Assembly (NCBI GenBank): GCA_963748625.1
Contig: CAVVJT010000010.1
Span: 672,001 to 736,000, forward strand
Direction of reading: 5' to 3'
DNA length: 64,000 nucleotides
From: an uncultured Chloroflexia bacterium
GTDB lineage: Bacteria; Chloroflexota; Limnocylindria; Limnocylindrales; CSP1-4
The notes under the pieces were generated by a model. That model had not been told where the DNA came from and made no database searches. It was given only the letters and a program-made list of their open reading frames with translations. Below, piece by piece: positions 1 through 15,776 of the stretch (the first letter of the stretch is position 1; each line of letters starts with the position of its first letter). Position numbers and translations under genes: made by a program.

Positions 1-280
1 CCTGTCGGTGTCGGGGCTCCTGACCGGGCGGCCTGTCATCGGCCTCCCAAGGCCGGGCGGGCCGCTCGGGGCGATCGTGGTGCTGGGGCGATCCCCCACG
101 GCTGCCGGCACGATCGCCGTCGCGCCGATACGGCGGGCGAGGCCCACTGGCGGGGCGCGGTCCATACGGCCGCGGGCCCCTGGAGCCTGCATGCGACCCG
201 CTTCCGGGCGCGCCGTGCTGATCCTTGCTGCTCGCCGGGCGCTGCGGGCGTTCGTCGTCGGGGCGCGGACGGTCAGCCAC
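1..280 (-). CDS. Partial CDS: low-complexity R/P/G-rich N-terminus running off the window edge; possibly an RlmB/TrmH-family rRNA methyltransferase
   Basis: GTG at 280 overlaps the cysS end and the frame is open to position 1 (MADRPRPDDERPQRP...). The product guess rests only on the common cysS-rlmB synteny. Confidence 0.4.
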   Translation of the reverse strand, partial: MADRPRPDDERPQRPASSKDQHGAPGSGSHAGSRGPRPYGPRPASGPRPPYRRDGDRAGSRGGSPQHHDRPERPARPWEADDRPPGQEPRHRQ

Positions 281-1682
281 CGGAGGCCACCACGTGGCGC
301 CAGCGCTGCCCGTCGCGTGTGTCCTCGACGGCAACCCCTCGTGCGAGGAGCTCGTCGCGCAGCCGATCCGACTCGGACCACTGCTTCGCCGCTCGGGCGG
401 CCGCCCGTGCCTCGAGCATCGCGGCCAGCTCGGGCTCGAGCGCCGCCTCGCCGGGGGCGGCGATGCCCAGCACCTCGTCGAGGTCGCGGACCATCGCTGT
501 GGCCCGGCCGGCGTCCGCGGTGGAGAGGGTCCTGGCATCGAGGCGGCGATTCAGTTCGCGCACGCCGTCGAACAGGGCGGCCAGTGCCGCCGAGACGTTG
601 AGATCGTCGTCCAGGCCCGCGGTGAACGCCTCGCGCACGCCGTCGAGCACCACCGGCAGCGTGGGGTCGTCCTCACGATCCTCCCTGTAGGCAGCGAGCG
701 CAACCAGCAGCGCGTCGATCCTCTCGATTGCCGCCGCGGCCGCCGCGAGCGAGTCGTCGGAGTAGTTGAGCGGGGCCCGATAGTGGACGGCCGTCAGCGC
801 GTACCGGAGGGCTCGCGGCGACACGCCGGCGGCGATGAGATCGGACACGCGCGCGATGTTGCCCGTTGACTTGGCCATCTTCTCGCCGCCCATCCGCAGG
901 TGGGCGCAATGCATCCACGTCCGCACAAACGGCTCGCCGGTGGCCGCCTCGGACTGGGCGATCTCGTCCTCGTGATGCGGGAAGACCAGGTCCACGCCGC
1001 CGGTGTGGATGTCGAAGGACGATCCGAGGTGGGCCATGCTCATCGCCGAGCACTCGATGTGCCAGCCGGGCCTGCCGGTCCCGATCGCCGTGGACCATGC
1101 CGGCTCGCCGGGCTTCGCGCCCTTCCACAGCACGAAGTCACGGACGTCGTCCTTGCCGTACTCGTCGGCCTCCACGCGCTCGCCGACACGCATGGCGTCC
1201 GGATCGAGGCGCGCCAGGCGGCCGTACGCGGGCCATGACGCGATGCGGAAGAAGACCGAGCCGTCGTCGGTCCGGTAGGCGTGGCCCTTGGCCTGGAGCT
1301 GGGCCACGAGATCGACGATCTGGTCGATGTGCTCCGTCGCTCGGGGCAGGACGTCGGGACGCGTCATGCCGAGGGACTCGGCGTCGGCCAGGAACCTGGC
1401 GGCATAGCGGTCGGCAAGGTCCGTGATCGAGATGTTCTCAGCCGCAGCACCCCGGATGATCTTGTCGTCGATGTCGGTCAGGTTCATCACCCAGGTCACG
1501 CGCAGGCCGCGCCAGCGCAGGTAGCGAACCAGGACATCGGCGAACAGGAACGAGCGGAAGTTGCCGATATGGGCTGGACCGTAGACCGTGGGGCCGCAGC
1601 TGTAGATGCGGACGTGGCCGGGTTCGAGCGGCTCGAGGGGACGGACCTCGCCCGAGAGCGTGTCCTGCAGGCGGATCGTCAT
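273..1682 (-). CDS. cysS: Cysteine--tRNA ligase
   Basis: CGPTVY, HIGN, GRPGWHIECS and KMAKS motifs; ATG at 1682 overlaps the ispDF stop (ATGA). Confidence 0.97.
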   Translation of the reverse strand: MTIRLQDTLSGEVRPLEPLEPGHVRIYSCGPTVYGPAHIGNFRSFLFADVLVRYLRWRGLRVTWVMNLTDIDDKIIRGAAAENISITDLADRYAARFLADAESLGMTRPDVLPRATEHIDQIVDLVAQLQAKGHAYRTDDGSVFFRIASWPAYGRLARLDPDAMRVGERVEADEYGKDDVRDFVLWKGAKPGEPAWSTAIGTGRPGWHIECSAMSMAHLGSSFDIHTGGVDLVFPHHEDEIAQSEAATGEPFVRTWMHCAHLRMGGEKMAKSTGNIARVSDLIAAGVSPRALRYALTAVHYRAPLNYSDDSLAAAAAAIERIDALLVALAAYREDREDDPTLPVVLDGVREAFTAGLDDDLNVSAALAALFDGVRELNRRLDARTLSTADAGRATAMVRDLDEVLGIAAPGEAALEPELAAMLEARAAARAAKQWSESDRLRDELLARGVAVEDTRDGQRWRHVVASGG

Positions 1683-2869
1683 CGCGCGCTCCACGCGCTC
1701 GCCACGGCGCGGGCCGAGATGGAGCGGCCCGCACCCTCGTCGCCCGCAAGGTTGCCTGTCGAGGCCTTCACGTTCACAACCCCTTCGTCCACCCCCAGCA
1801 CCGACGCGATCGCCGCGCGCATGAGGTCCAGCCGCGCGCCGAGCTTCGGGCGCGCCCCGATCACCACGATATCCACTGATGCAGGCCGAAGGCCGGCGCC
1901 ATCGAGCCGCCGCACGACCTCAGCGAGCAGCTCGGTACTGGCCACGCCCCGTGGCGTGCGCGCATCCGCTGGGAACAGCCGTCCAAGATCGCCGAGGCCG
2001 GCCGCCCCGAGGAGGGCGTCGGCGACAGCGTGGAGCACCACGTCGCCGTCGGAGTGGCCGGCGAGCCTCGGGGCTCCGGGGATCTCGATCCCTCCGAGCC
2101 GCAGACCGGTGCCGGGACCGAACGGGTGGCTGTCATGGCCGAACCCGATCCGGGCCGCCGGCACGGCCAGCGCCTGTTCGACGCGCCGCAGGTCGTCCGG
2201 GAGTGTCACCTTGAGGTTTGCCGGTTCGCCGGGGATCGCATGGACAGGAATGGTACAGGCCTCGAGCAGGGCGGCCTCGTCGGTGAATTGCCGAGGGCCA
2301 TCAGGCGGGAAGGCCGCCCACGCCTTGAGCAGCAGGCCGCGGCGAGCGCCCTGGGGCGTCTGCGCGGCTGCAAGCGTCGAGCGGTCGACGGTCTCCTGGA
2401 CCAGGCCGTCCCACACCCGCTTGAGCGTCTCTGCGACCGGCAGGACCGGGAGGGCGGCACCATGCACGGCCGCTGCCTCGGCGACCGCCTCCACCAGGGC
2501 CGGCGTCGCAAGCGGGCGCGCGCCGTCGTGGACGAGGACCGGCCTGTCGAACCCGCTGGGATCAACGGAATCCAGGAACCGGACGCCGGCGGCAACCGAC
2601 TGCTGGCGGGTGGCACCACCGGCGACGACGGCGTCCGCCATGCCACCGGTGAGCGGATCGGCGGCCACGGCGTCCACGCGCTCCGGTGCGGTGACGAGGA
2701 TCAGCCGGTCCACGCACGGAGCCGCCCGCATGGCCGCCAGGGTCCAGTGGAGCAGCGGACGACCCCCGACGAGCCAGGCGAGCTTGTCGGCTCCGCCCAT
2801 CCGGCGCGAGGAGCCGGCGGCGACCACCACGACGTCGGCGATCGGTCGTCCCGGAGTGCCCTCCGTCAC
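1679..2869 (-). CDS. ispDF: Bifunctional IspD/IspF (MEP pathway)
   Basis: N-terminal AAGSSRRMG, VLVHDGARP, AQTPQ and NLKVT motifs; C-terminal RIGFGHDSH, GHSDGDVVLHA and VNVKAST motifs. Confidence 0.93.
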   Translation of the reverse strand: MTEGTPGRPIADVVVVAAGSSRRMGGADKLAWLVGGRPLLHWTLAAMRAAPCVDRLILVTAPERVDAVAADPLTGGMADAVVAGGATRQQSVAAGVRFLDSVDPSGFDRPVLVHDGARPLATPALVEAVAEAAAVHGAALPVLPVAETLKRVWDGLVQETVDRSTLAAAQTPQGARRGLLLKAWAAFPPDGPRQFTDEAALLEACTIPVHAIPGEPANLKVTLPDDLRRVEQALAVPAARIGFGHDSHPFGPGTGLRLGGIEIPGAPRLAGHSDGDVVLHAVADALLGAAGLGDLGRLFPADARTPRGVASTELLAEVVRRLDGAGLRPASVDIVVIGARPKLGARLDLMRAAIASVLGVDEGVVNVKASTGNLAGDEGAGRSISARAVASAWSAR

Positions 2870-3927
2870 CCCTGGTCGACGCGCTGCTGGGCGAAGATCA
2901 TCCGCCCGGCCACCGTCTGGAGGACCCGCGTCACGCTGACATCGACGTCACGGTCGATCAGGCGTGCGCCACCCTCGACGACGATCATGGTTCCGTCGTC
3001 GAGGAAGCCGACGCCCTGACCTGCCTCCTTGCCCTCCTGGATCACCCGCACGCGCAGCTCCTCGCCAGGGAGCACGGCCGGCTTGACGGCGTTCGCCAGC
3101 GAGTTGATGTTCATGACGCGGACGCCTTGGAGCTCGGCGACGCGGTTGAGGTTGAAGTCGTTGGTGAGGATCAGGCGGCTGCGGCGCTTTGCGAGCTCCA
3201 CGAGCTTCGCGTCAACCTCCGTGGCCCCGGGCGCCTCGTCGTCGACAACCTCCACCGGCGTGCGGGTATCGCGTTGGATCCGCTGGAGCATCTCGAGGCC
3301 ACGCCGCCCGCGGTTGCGGCGGAGCGTGTCGGACGAGTCCGCGATGTGCTGCATCTCCTCCAGGACGAAACGGGGCACCACGAGCGTGCCGAAGATGAAG
3401 CCTGACTCCACGATGTCCGCGATGCGCCCATCGATGAGGACGCTCGTGTCCACCACGATCCGCGGCTCGCCCTCCTTGCGCGCGTCTTCAGCACCCGGCC
3501 GCCGGACGAGACCCGCGTTCTCGGCCGCGGTGATCAGGTCATGACGCTTGGCGACCGTAAGGCCCATCATCCCGAGGCCCAGGAACAGCGAGATCCCCAG
3601 CGGCAGCCAGGTCCCGAGTGGGCCTTCGATCTGGGCCAGTGGCAGGGAGAGCAGCAATCCCAGGAGCAGGCCGACAAACAGCCCGAGCACCGCCGCAACG
3701 AACTCCGCGGTCGACATCTCCTGGACTCGCGTGATGAGCCATTGGGCGGGCACGATCGTGAGGTACGGGAGCACAGCGAATCCGACGATCATCCAGGAGA
3801 TCGTCCATGCGGCGAGCAGGAGGCCCGTGTAGGCCGACCCTGCGAAGAGCCCGTTCCCCGAGGCCGCGATCCCAAGACCAACGAAGGACCCGAGCGCGGC
3901 ACCCAGGATCCGGATGGTCCGGATCAA
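2866..3927 (-). CDS. PIN/TRAM-domain membrane protein (YacL family)
   Basis: Four hydrophobic helices, then PIN (VDTSVLIDGRI, LTNDFNLN) and TRAM (GVGFLDDGTMIVVE). TTG start at 3927 follows GAGGA. Confidence 0.9.
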   Translation of the reverse strand: MIRTIRILGAALGSFVGLGIAASGNGLFAGSAYTGLLLAAWTISWMIVGFAVLPYLTIVPAQWLITRVQEMSTAEFVAAVLGLFVGLLLGLLLSLPLAQIEGPLGTWLPLGISLFLGLGMMGLTVAKRHDLITAAENAGLVRRPGAEDARKEGEPRIVVDTSVLIDGRIADIVESGFIFGTLVVPRFVLEEMQHIADSSDTLRRNRGRRGLEMLQRIQRDTRTPVEVVDDEAPGATEVDAKLVELAKRRSRLILTNDFNLNRVAELQGVRVMNINSLANAVKPAVLPGEELRVRVIQEGKEAGQGVGFLDDGTMIVVEGGARLIDRDVDVSVTRVLQTVAGRMIFAQQRVDQG

Positions 3928-3980
3928 GCGTTGTCCTCGTACCGACGTGCGTGCCACGGCGGCCATCGGGGCCGCAGCAT
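3924..3980 (-). CDS. Putative leaderless uORF MLRPRWPPWHARRYEDNA, coupled to the YacL-family gene
   Basis: TG-C-TAGGCT extended -10 (hexamer 3987-3992), 6 nt, then ATG; its TGA overlaps the downstream TTG. Confidence 0.4.
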   Translation of the reverse strand: MLRPRWPPWHARRYEDNA

Positions 3981-4026
3981 CCGGCGAGCCTAGCACGCAC
4001 CGTCCGGCGTGGCACCGGGCCGAAGG

Positions 4027-5460
4027 TCAGGGTCGGCGCGCAGTCCCCGCCCCCGCCCGGTCTGCCGGCGCGCCCTCGCCGAGCGCCGCCCGAACACCGT
4101 CGGCAAGGGTGCCCACCGTGACGAGCTCGATGCCTGCAACGTCGGCGACGGGACGTCCGTGGGAGCGCGGCACCACGGCCCGCGTGAAGCCCAGTCGTGC
4201 CGCCTCGCGGAGGCGCCGCTCCAGGCCTCCGACCGCGCGCAGCTCGCCCAGGAGCCCGACCTCGCCGATGGCGACGGTCCCCGGCACCAGCGGCCGGTCG
4301 CGCAGCGACGACGCGAGGGCGAGGGCCAGCGGGAGGTCGAGGCCGGGCTCTGAGACCGACAGGCCGCCAGCCAGGTTCGCGTAGACGTCGTGCTGGCCGA
4401 GACCGATGCCGGCACGGCGGCCAAGGACGGCCACCAGGAGCGCCAGGCGGTTGGGATCCACGCCGGAGGCGGTGCGCCGGGGGGCCGGGGCTGCCGTCGG
4501 TGCGACGAGCGCCTGGACCTCGACCAGGATCGGACGCGATCCCTCCAGGATTGGCGCGACCACGCTGCCGGGTGCGGGAACGTCGTGCTCCGCGAGGAAC
4601 GCTCGAGCGGGATCGGCCACCTCAGCCAGCCCGCGGTCACTCATCTCGAACACACCGACCTCTTCGGTCGAGCCATAGCGGTTCTTGGCGGCGCGCAGCA
4701 AGCGCAGGCCGCCGGTGCGATCCCCTTCGACGGACAGGACGACGTCGACGAGATGCTCCAGGGTCTTGGGTCCGGCAAGCGCCCCGTCCTTGGTCACGTG
4801 GCCGACGAGGACGACCGGGATGCCCTCGCCCTTGGCGAGCTCCATCAGGCGCAGCGTGGCCTCGCGCACCTGGCCGACACTGCCTGCAGGGCCGTCGAGC
4901 TCCTCGGAGGCCAGGGTCTGCACCGAGTCCACCATGAGCAGACCCGGCCGGTCGGCGCGCGCGAGCTCGGCGATCCGTGCCACCCCTGTCTCGGCCACAA
5001 CGCGAATGGCATCGCCGATGGCCCCGTCGGCCAAGCCGAGGCGGGTCGCCCGCAGCCGGACCTGTGCGGTCGACTCCTCGCCAGTGGCGTAGAGGACGGT
5101 GGCTCCGGTGGCCGCGATGCCCGCAGCAATCTGCAGCAGCAGGGTCGACTTGCCGATGCCGGGCTCGCCACCAAGCAGGACGAGCGACCCCGCCACCAGA
5201 CCGCCTCCGAGCACGCGGTCCAGCTCGCCGATGCCGATCGCGCGGCGCGCCTGGACGTCGCCCTCGCCCGCATGGGAGAGCGGGACCGGCACCGAGCCGC
5301 TCCCGGGTCCGGGCAACGCGGTCGGCCGGGTACGTGGCTGGTCGCGGATGACGGTCTCGACGAGGGTGTTCCAGTCACCGCACGTGCGGCACTGGCCCTC
5401 CCAGCGCAGGACGGACGCGCCGCAGGACTGGCAGACGAACCGGCTCTGGGCGCGGGTCAC
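4027..5460 (-). CDS. radA: DNA repair protein RadA/Sms
   Basis: N-terminal CxxC..CxxC zinc finger, GGEPGIGKST Walker A, KNRYG motif and Lon-like C-terminus. Confidence 0.96.
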   Translation of the reverse strand: MTRAQSRFVCQSCGASVLRWEGQCRTCGDWNTLVETVIRDQPRTRPTALPGPGSGSVPVPLSHAGEGDVQARRAIGIGELDRVLGGGLVAGSLVLLGGEPGIGKSTLLLQIAAGIAATGATVLYATGEESTAQVRLRATRLGLADGAIGDAIRVVAETGVARIAELARADRPGLLMVDSVQTLASEELDGPAGSVGQVREATLRLMELAKGEGIPVVLVGHVTKDGALAGPKTLEHLVDVVLSVEGDRTGGLRLLRAAKNRYGSTEEVGVFEMSDRGLAEVADPARAFLAEHDVPAPGSVVAPILEGSRPILVEVQALVAPTAAPAPRRTASGVDPNRLALLVAVLGRRAGIGLGQHDVYANLAGGLSVSEPGLDLPLALALASSLRDRPLVPGTVAIGEVGLLGELRAVGGLERRLREAARLGFTRAVVPRSHGRPVADVAGIELVTVGTLADGVRAALGEGAPADRAGAGTARRP

Positions 5461-5478
5461 GGACGACGTTCGCGCGCG

Positions 5479-7953
<2,475 letters not shown>

Positions 7954-8132
7954 GCGCCGAGCTCATCTCCGTGGTCGCGGAGGCGACCTGAGGGCCATCC
8001 TAGCACCTGCCTCTTTGGGGGGCGACAGGCGATCGTGGTGCGGGTGCGAGGTCCGAAGGTCACGTGCCTCGCACTCCATTGTTCGTCATCGCGGCCCGCA
8101 AGGATGCATCGCCACCCTGACGTTGCGGTGAA

Positions 8133-8170
8133 GGAATCGAAACGACCCGCCGGGTACCCGACGGGTCGTC
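8133..8170 (-). terminator. Stem-loop terminator downstream of rpsA
   Basis: Minus strand GACGACCCGTCGGG-TA-CCCGGCGGGTCGTT followed by TCGATT. Confidence 0.6.
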
Positions 8171-8205
8171 TGCGATTGGCGCGAGCGGCACGAGACCGCG
8201 CACGT

Positions 8206-10439
8206 TCAACTCTTGGGTTCAGCCTCGCTGGCGTCGGCCATGTCAGCGGCGGCATCAGCCTCGACGTCGTCGGCCATGGCGGCCTCCGCAACCGCTTCGG
8301 CCTCGATGGCCTCAGCCGCCTCGATGACCGCCTCGGCCTCGATGGCCTCGGCAACCGCTTCGGCCTCGATGGCCTCAGCCGCCTCGATGACCGCCTCGGC
8401 CTCGATGGCCTCGGCAACCGCTTCGGCCTCGACCTCCTCGGCCGCCTCGATGACCGCGGCGGCGAGCGCCGGGTCTGCGATGGCGCCGTTCTCGACGGCC
8501 TCGATGACCGCCTCGGCCTCGATGGCCTCGGCAACCGCTTCGGCCTCGACCTCCTCGGCCGCCTCGATCACGATCTCGGCCTCGATGGCCTCGGCAACCG
8601 CTTCGGCCTCGACCTCCTCGGCCGCCTCGATCACGATCTCGGCAGCGGCAGCGGTCTCGATCGCTTCGGCCTCGATGGCCTGGGCAGCCTGCTCGACGGC
8701 CTTGGGCTCGGCCTTCGGGGTGGTCTCGGCGGCCTCGGCGGCGGCCAGCTGGCTGCGCACCTGGGCGAACGCCGCGGCGAGCGTCGTATCGATGCCGCCC
8801 TCCGGCTCCGACTGGGTGTCGGACGGGGCATACCCGCGGTCCGGCCGCTCGCGGCGCTCGCGGCGCTCGCGACGCTCGCCCGTGGGGGCGACCGACGGCG
8901 TGGCACCGGGCTCCGGCGCAGGCCGCACCGGCGGCTCCTCGGCCTGCTTGAGCGAGAGGCCCAGGCGATGGCGCTCGGAGTCGAGGCTGATGATCTTGAG
9001 CTTGAGGACCTGACCTTCGTGGACCACGTCGCCCGGGTGGGCGACGCGCTGGTGGCTCAGCTCGGAGATGTGGATCAGGCCCTCGAGACCCTCGCGAACC
9101 CGGACGAACGCGCCGAAGTTCACGAGCTTGGTCACGGTGCCGTCGATCACGTCGCCGACCTTGAAGTCAGCGACGGTGCTCTCCCAGGGATCGGGCTGCA
9201 GGCGGCGGATCGAGAGGCTGATCCGGCCGCGCTCGTGGTTGATGTCGATGACCTCGGCCTCGACCTCGTCGCCCACCTTGTAGCCGGCCTCGGGGTTGTT
9301 GACCTTGTTCCACGAGAGCTCGCTCTTGTGGACGAGGCCATCGATCCCGCCGAGATCGATGAAGATGCCGAACGGCGCGATCGACCGGACGTTGCCGGTG
9401 ACCTTCTGGTTGACCTGGAGGCTGCTGAACAGCTCGTCCCGCTTCTCCCGGCGCTCCTCGTAGAGGGCGACCTTCTCGGAGAGGATGAGCCGGTTGGCCT
9501 TGCGGTTGACCTCGAGGATCTTGAGCCGGAGCTTGCGGCCGATATACGGCTGGAGCTTCTCGGCGATCTCCTGTGCGGCGTCACGCGGCTGCTCGTTCTG
9601 CGGCCGGCGCGGGAAGTCCACGATCTGGCTGATCGGCACGAAGCCGCGGATGCCGCAGTCGACGATCAGGCCGCCCTTGTTGTGGTCGATGACCGGGGCG
9701 TCGATGATCGTGCCCGCCTCGAACAGCTCCTGCATGGAGCGCCACTTGCGCTCAAGGCCCGCGCGGCGGAGCGAGAGGACGACGTGGCCCTCCGGTGACT
9801 CCGGCTGCAGGACGTACACCAGCACGACGTCGCCGATGTTGAGCTGGGGAGCGCTCTCAGCGTGCCGGCCGAAGAGCTCGCGATTGCTGACAACACCCTC
9901 TGACTTGGCGCCGATGTCGACCAGGATCTCGTCCTTGTCGATCCGGACGACGGTGCCCTCGACGACATCGCCATGCTTGAAGCTCTTGATGTCCGAGTCC
10001 TGCTCGGCGAGGAGCTCCTCCATGGTCGTCGGCTCGGGGCCGACCGGGCGGCGCGGGGCGACAACGATCTCCCCGTCCTCCTCGACGGCCGCAGGCGGCG
10101 CGTCGGCGACGTCTTCGGCGGGGACTTCGGGCGCCGTCTCGGGCTCGGGCGCCGTCTCGGGCGCGGGCGCGGTCTCGGGCTCGGGCGCGGTCTCGGGCTC
10201 GGGCGCCGTCTCGGGCTCGGGCGCGGTCTCGGGCTCGGGCGCGGTCTCGGGCGCCGTCTCGGGCGCGGTCTCGGGCGCGTCTCGGGCTCGGGCGCCGTCT
10301 CGGGCTCGGGCGCCGTCTCGGGCTCGACGGGCTCGTCGGCGACGGCAATCGCCGCGACGGTCTCTTCGGACGCCGGGGTCTCAACGGAGGCGACCGCCTC
10401 CGGCTCCGGCGCGGTCCCGCCCTGCTGCTCTTCGGTCAA
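8206..10439 (-). CDS. rpsA: 30S ribosomal protein bS1 (4 S1 domains) with acidic N- and C-terminal repeat extensions; apparent 1-bp frameshift near 10279
   Basis: S1 repeats (GDVVEGTV, GFVPISQI, GLVHKSELSW, GLIHISELSH). AAGGAG precedes TTG at 10439. One added base in a defective 18-bp repeat unit joins this start to the 8206-10023 ORF. Confidence 0.9.
8276..8680 (-). repeat. 63-bp (21-aa) tandem repeat, about 5 copies, encoding the Glu/Ala-rich tail of bS1
   Basis: GCAACCGCTTCGGCCTCGA recurs near 8288, 8351, 8414, 8531 and 8594. Confidence 0.85.
10127..10326 (-). repeat. 18-bp tandem repeat encoding (ETAPEP)n in the bS1 N-terminus
   Basis: Repeated TCGGGCGC[CG]GTCTCGGGC units on the + strand. 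Confidence 0.9.
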
Positions 10440-10660
10440 GGTGATCCAGTCTCCTTAGGTGGATTTCGCCCTGGAATCACAAACGGCCGCCGAACACGAA
10501 CCCGGGGCCGTCACCTCTGAGGGAGTTGGATCATGCGTGCTGTGCCTGCAGTCCGCTCCTTCGCTGTCACCGAAACCTGGGATCGAATGCTCTTCAACTG
10601 TCCGTGCCCGTTGGGCGGGGAGAGTCTAGCACTCCGGATGCGCGGGTACAATCTGCGCCC

Positions 10661-11538
10661 GTGCCGGAACTTCCCGATCTCGACGTTGTCGCCGACGCCT
10701 TCCACGCCTCCCTGGCGGGACGGGTGGTAGAGGCCGTCCGGGCCCTGATGCCGCTCACGGTCCGAGGCACCCCTGCAGAGCTCGAGTCGCTTGTGGGTCA
10801 GCCCCTCGCGCGCGTCGCGCGTGCGGGCAAGTTCTCTGGACTTCTTCCTCGATCCCGACCAGGGTAGCGGTCAACCCCATGCTCACCGGCCGGTTCCAGC
10901 TCGCGAGCCGGGGCGAGAAGTCGCCATCCGGTGTTGCCCTGGAGATCCACTTCGGGTCGCGGCCGTATCCTCCGCCTGACGCCGCACCATGGACCACCGG
11001 CGCATCATGGCTCCCGTCTGACGGCGCCCCCGTGACTGTCCGCTACCGCGACCCGACCCAGATGGGCAAGGTGTACGTCCTGCCCGCCGGGATCGAACGC
11101 CAGGTTCCCGGGCGCGGAGCAGGCGAGATGGGCCCGGACGCGTTGGATCCCGACCTGACAGTGGAGGTGTGGCGGGACCGAATCAGACGTCATCCGGGCG
11201 AGCTCAAGAACCTGCTGCGGAACCAAGCGTTTGTGGCCGGCATCGGCAACGCGTACTCCGACGAGATCCTCTTCGAGGCCAGGCTCCAGCCGTTCCGGAA
11301 GCGTGCCTCACTGGCGGACGAGGAAACGGACGAGCTCTACCGGGCGATGCGGTCGGTGCTGGCGGACAGCGTGGCCCTGCTCCGTGATCGCGTCCCGCCC
11401 ACGTTCGAGACGCAGGTCCGCGACCACCTTGCAGTCCACAATCGCGGCGGCGACGCATGCCCACGATGCGGCGGGAGGATCACATCCGTGCGGGCGGGCG
11501 GGTACCCGACGGGCTTCTGCCGGACCTGCCAGCGCTAG
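10661..11538 (+). CDS. Fpg/Nei family DNA glycosylase (two apparent +1 indels at about 10835-10865)
   Basis: N-terminal MPELPD catalytic motif, RAGKF, H2TH (AGIGNAYSDEILF) and C-terminal CPRC..CRTCQ zinc finger; TACAAT lies 8 nt before the GTG. Confidence 0.88.
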
Positions 11539-11582
11539 GCGAGGCGTAGACCAGCCTCACCTGGGAGGGGCGGACGAGGCGA

Positions 11583-12395
11583 TCACGGGACAGGTGATGC
11601 CGGCTTGGCGTCAGGGATGACCAGCACCTGACCTCGGCGGATCACGTCGCCACCCGAGAGCCCGTTCGCCTTGCGGAGGGCCTTGACTGTCACGCCGAAC
11701 TTGAGCGCGATGCTGTTCAGGGTGTCGCCCCGCTTGACCTTGTACGTTCGACCGGTGGCAGCGGTCGGGCTCGCAGAGCCAGGGGCGACCGCTGTGGCTG
11801 CAGCCGTGGCAGACGCCCCGGGTGCGACAACCTCCGGGCTTGGATCGACCTGCGGGGACGGTGAGCCTCCCTGACCGGCTGCCAGGGACGAACCTGGCGT
11901 CGGCTCGTCTGGCACGCCCGAGGGCGACGTCGTGCGGGCGATCACCAGCACGAGGAACGCGACCACGATCAGGCCGACGAGCACTGCCTGACCTCCCGTC
12001 CTGGCCTGGGGGGACGTGATCCCGACGGCCAGCCCGGAGCGCACGGGCTCCAAGGTTGTGACTCGCGGTCGTCCCGGCGGCCAGAGCCCGGCGTCGAAGG
12101 AACCGCCAGCTGAAGAGCCCAGCAGTGCGCGTGCAGCCACGTGGGTCGCGCACGTTTCGTAGGCAGACGTGAGACAGAGCTGCCGCTGCTTCGACGCCGT
12201 GAGGACGGCCGGCGGCTGCACCGCCGAGCAGACATGCGAGCGGGTGGGCTGGGCAGCCCGCCACGTACCGTCGCCGCCAGCCAGGTACGGGCACACGACC
12301 AGCTCGGGGAGTGGCGACGGAGCCGAATTGACGTCCAACTCCTCGATCGGGCGCGACTCCGGCTCGGGGCTGTCGTCGGGGAGGCTCGCGGTCAC
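11583..12395 (-). CDS. Membrane-anchored LysM protein with a Cys/His-rich N-terminal domain
   Basis: C-terminal YKVKRGDTLNSIALKFGVTVKALRKANGL..IRRGQVLVIP, one TM helix and a P/S/T linker; TATGCT lies 6 nt before the GTG. Confidence 0.85.
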   Translation of the reverse strand: MTASLPDDSPEPESRPIEELDVNSAPSPLPELVVCPYLAGGDGTWRAAQPTRSHVCSAVQPPAVLTASKQRQLCLTSAYETCATHVAARALLGSSAGGSFDAGLWPPGRPRVTTLEPVRSGLAVGITSPQARTGGQAVLVGLIVVAFLVLVIARTTSPSGVPDEPTPGSSLAAGQGGSPSPQVDPSPEVVAPGASATAAATAVAPGSASPTAATGRTYKVKRGDTLNSIALKFGVTVKALRKANGLSGGDVIRRGQVLVIPDAKPASPVP

Positions 12396-12468
12396 GTGCC
12401 GAGCATAGCAATGCCCGGACGATGCCGCCCCAAGCGGTGCCAGGCTGCGTCGGGTCCTTAAATGCAAA

Positions 12469-12587
<119 letters not shown>

Positions 12588-12724
12588 TTCATGCATCTGG
12601 TAGATGACGGCAGCGACGCACGTTGCACAAGCAACGCCGGCGCCAGTCGATCGAGGATCACTTCTGCCTTGGGGAGACCCAATCTCACCCGGCACGCTGA
12701 CCCTTGGTCAGGTGCTGGATTAAG

Positions 12725-15776
<3,052 letters not shown>

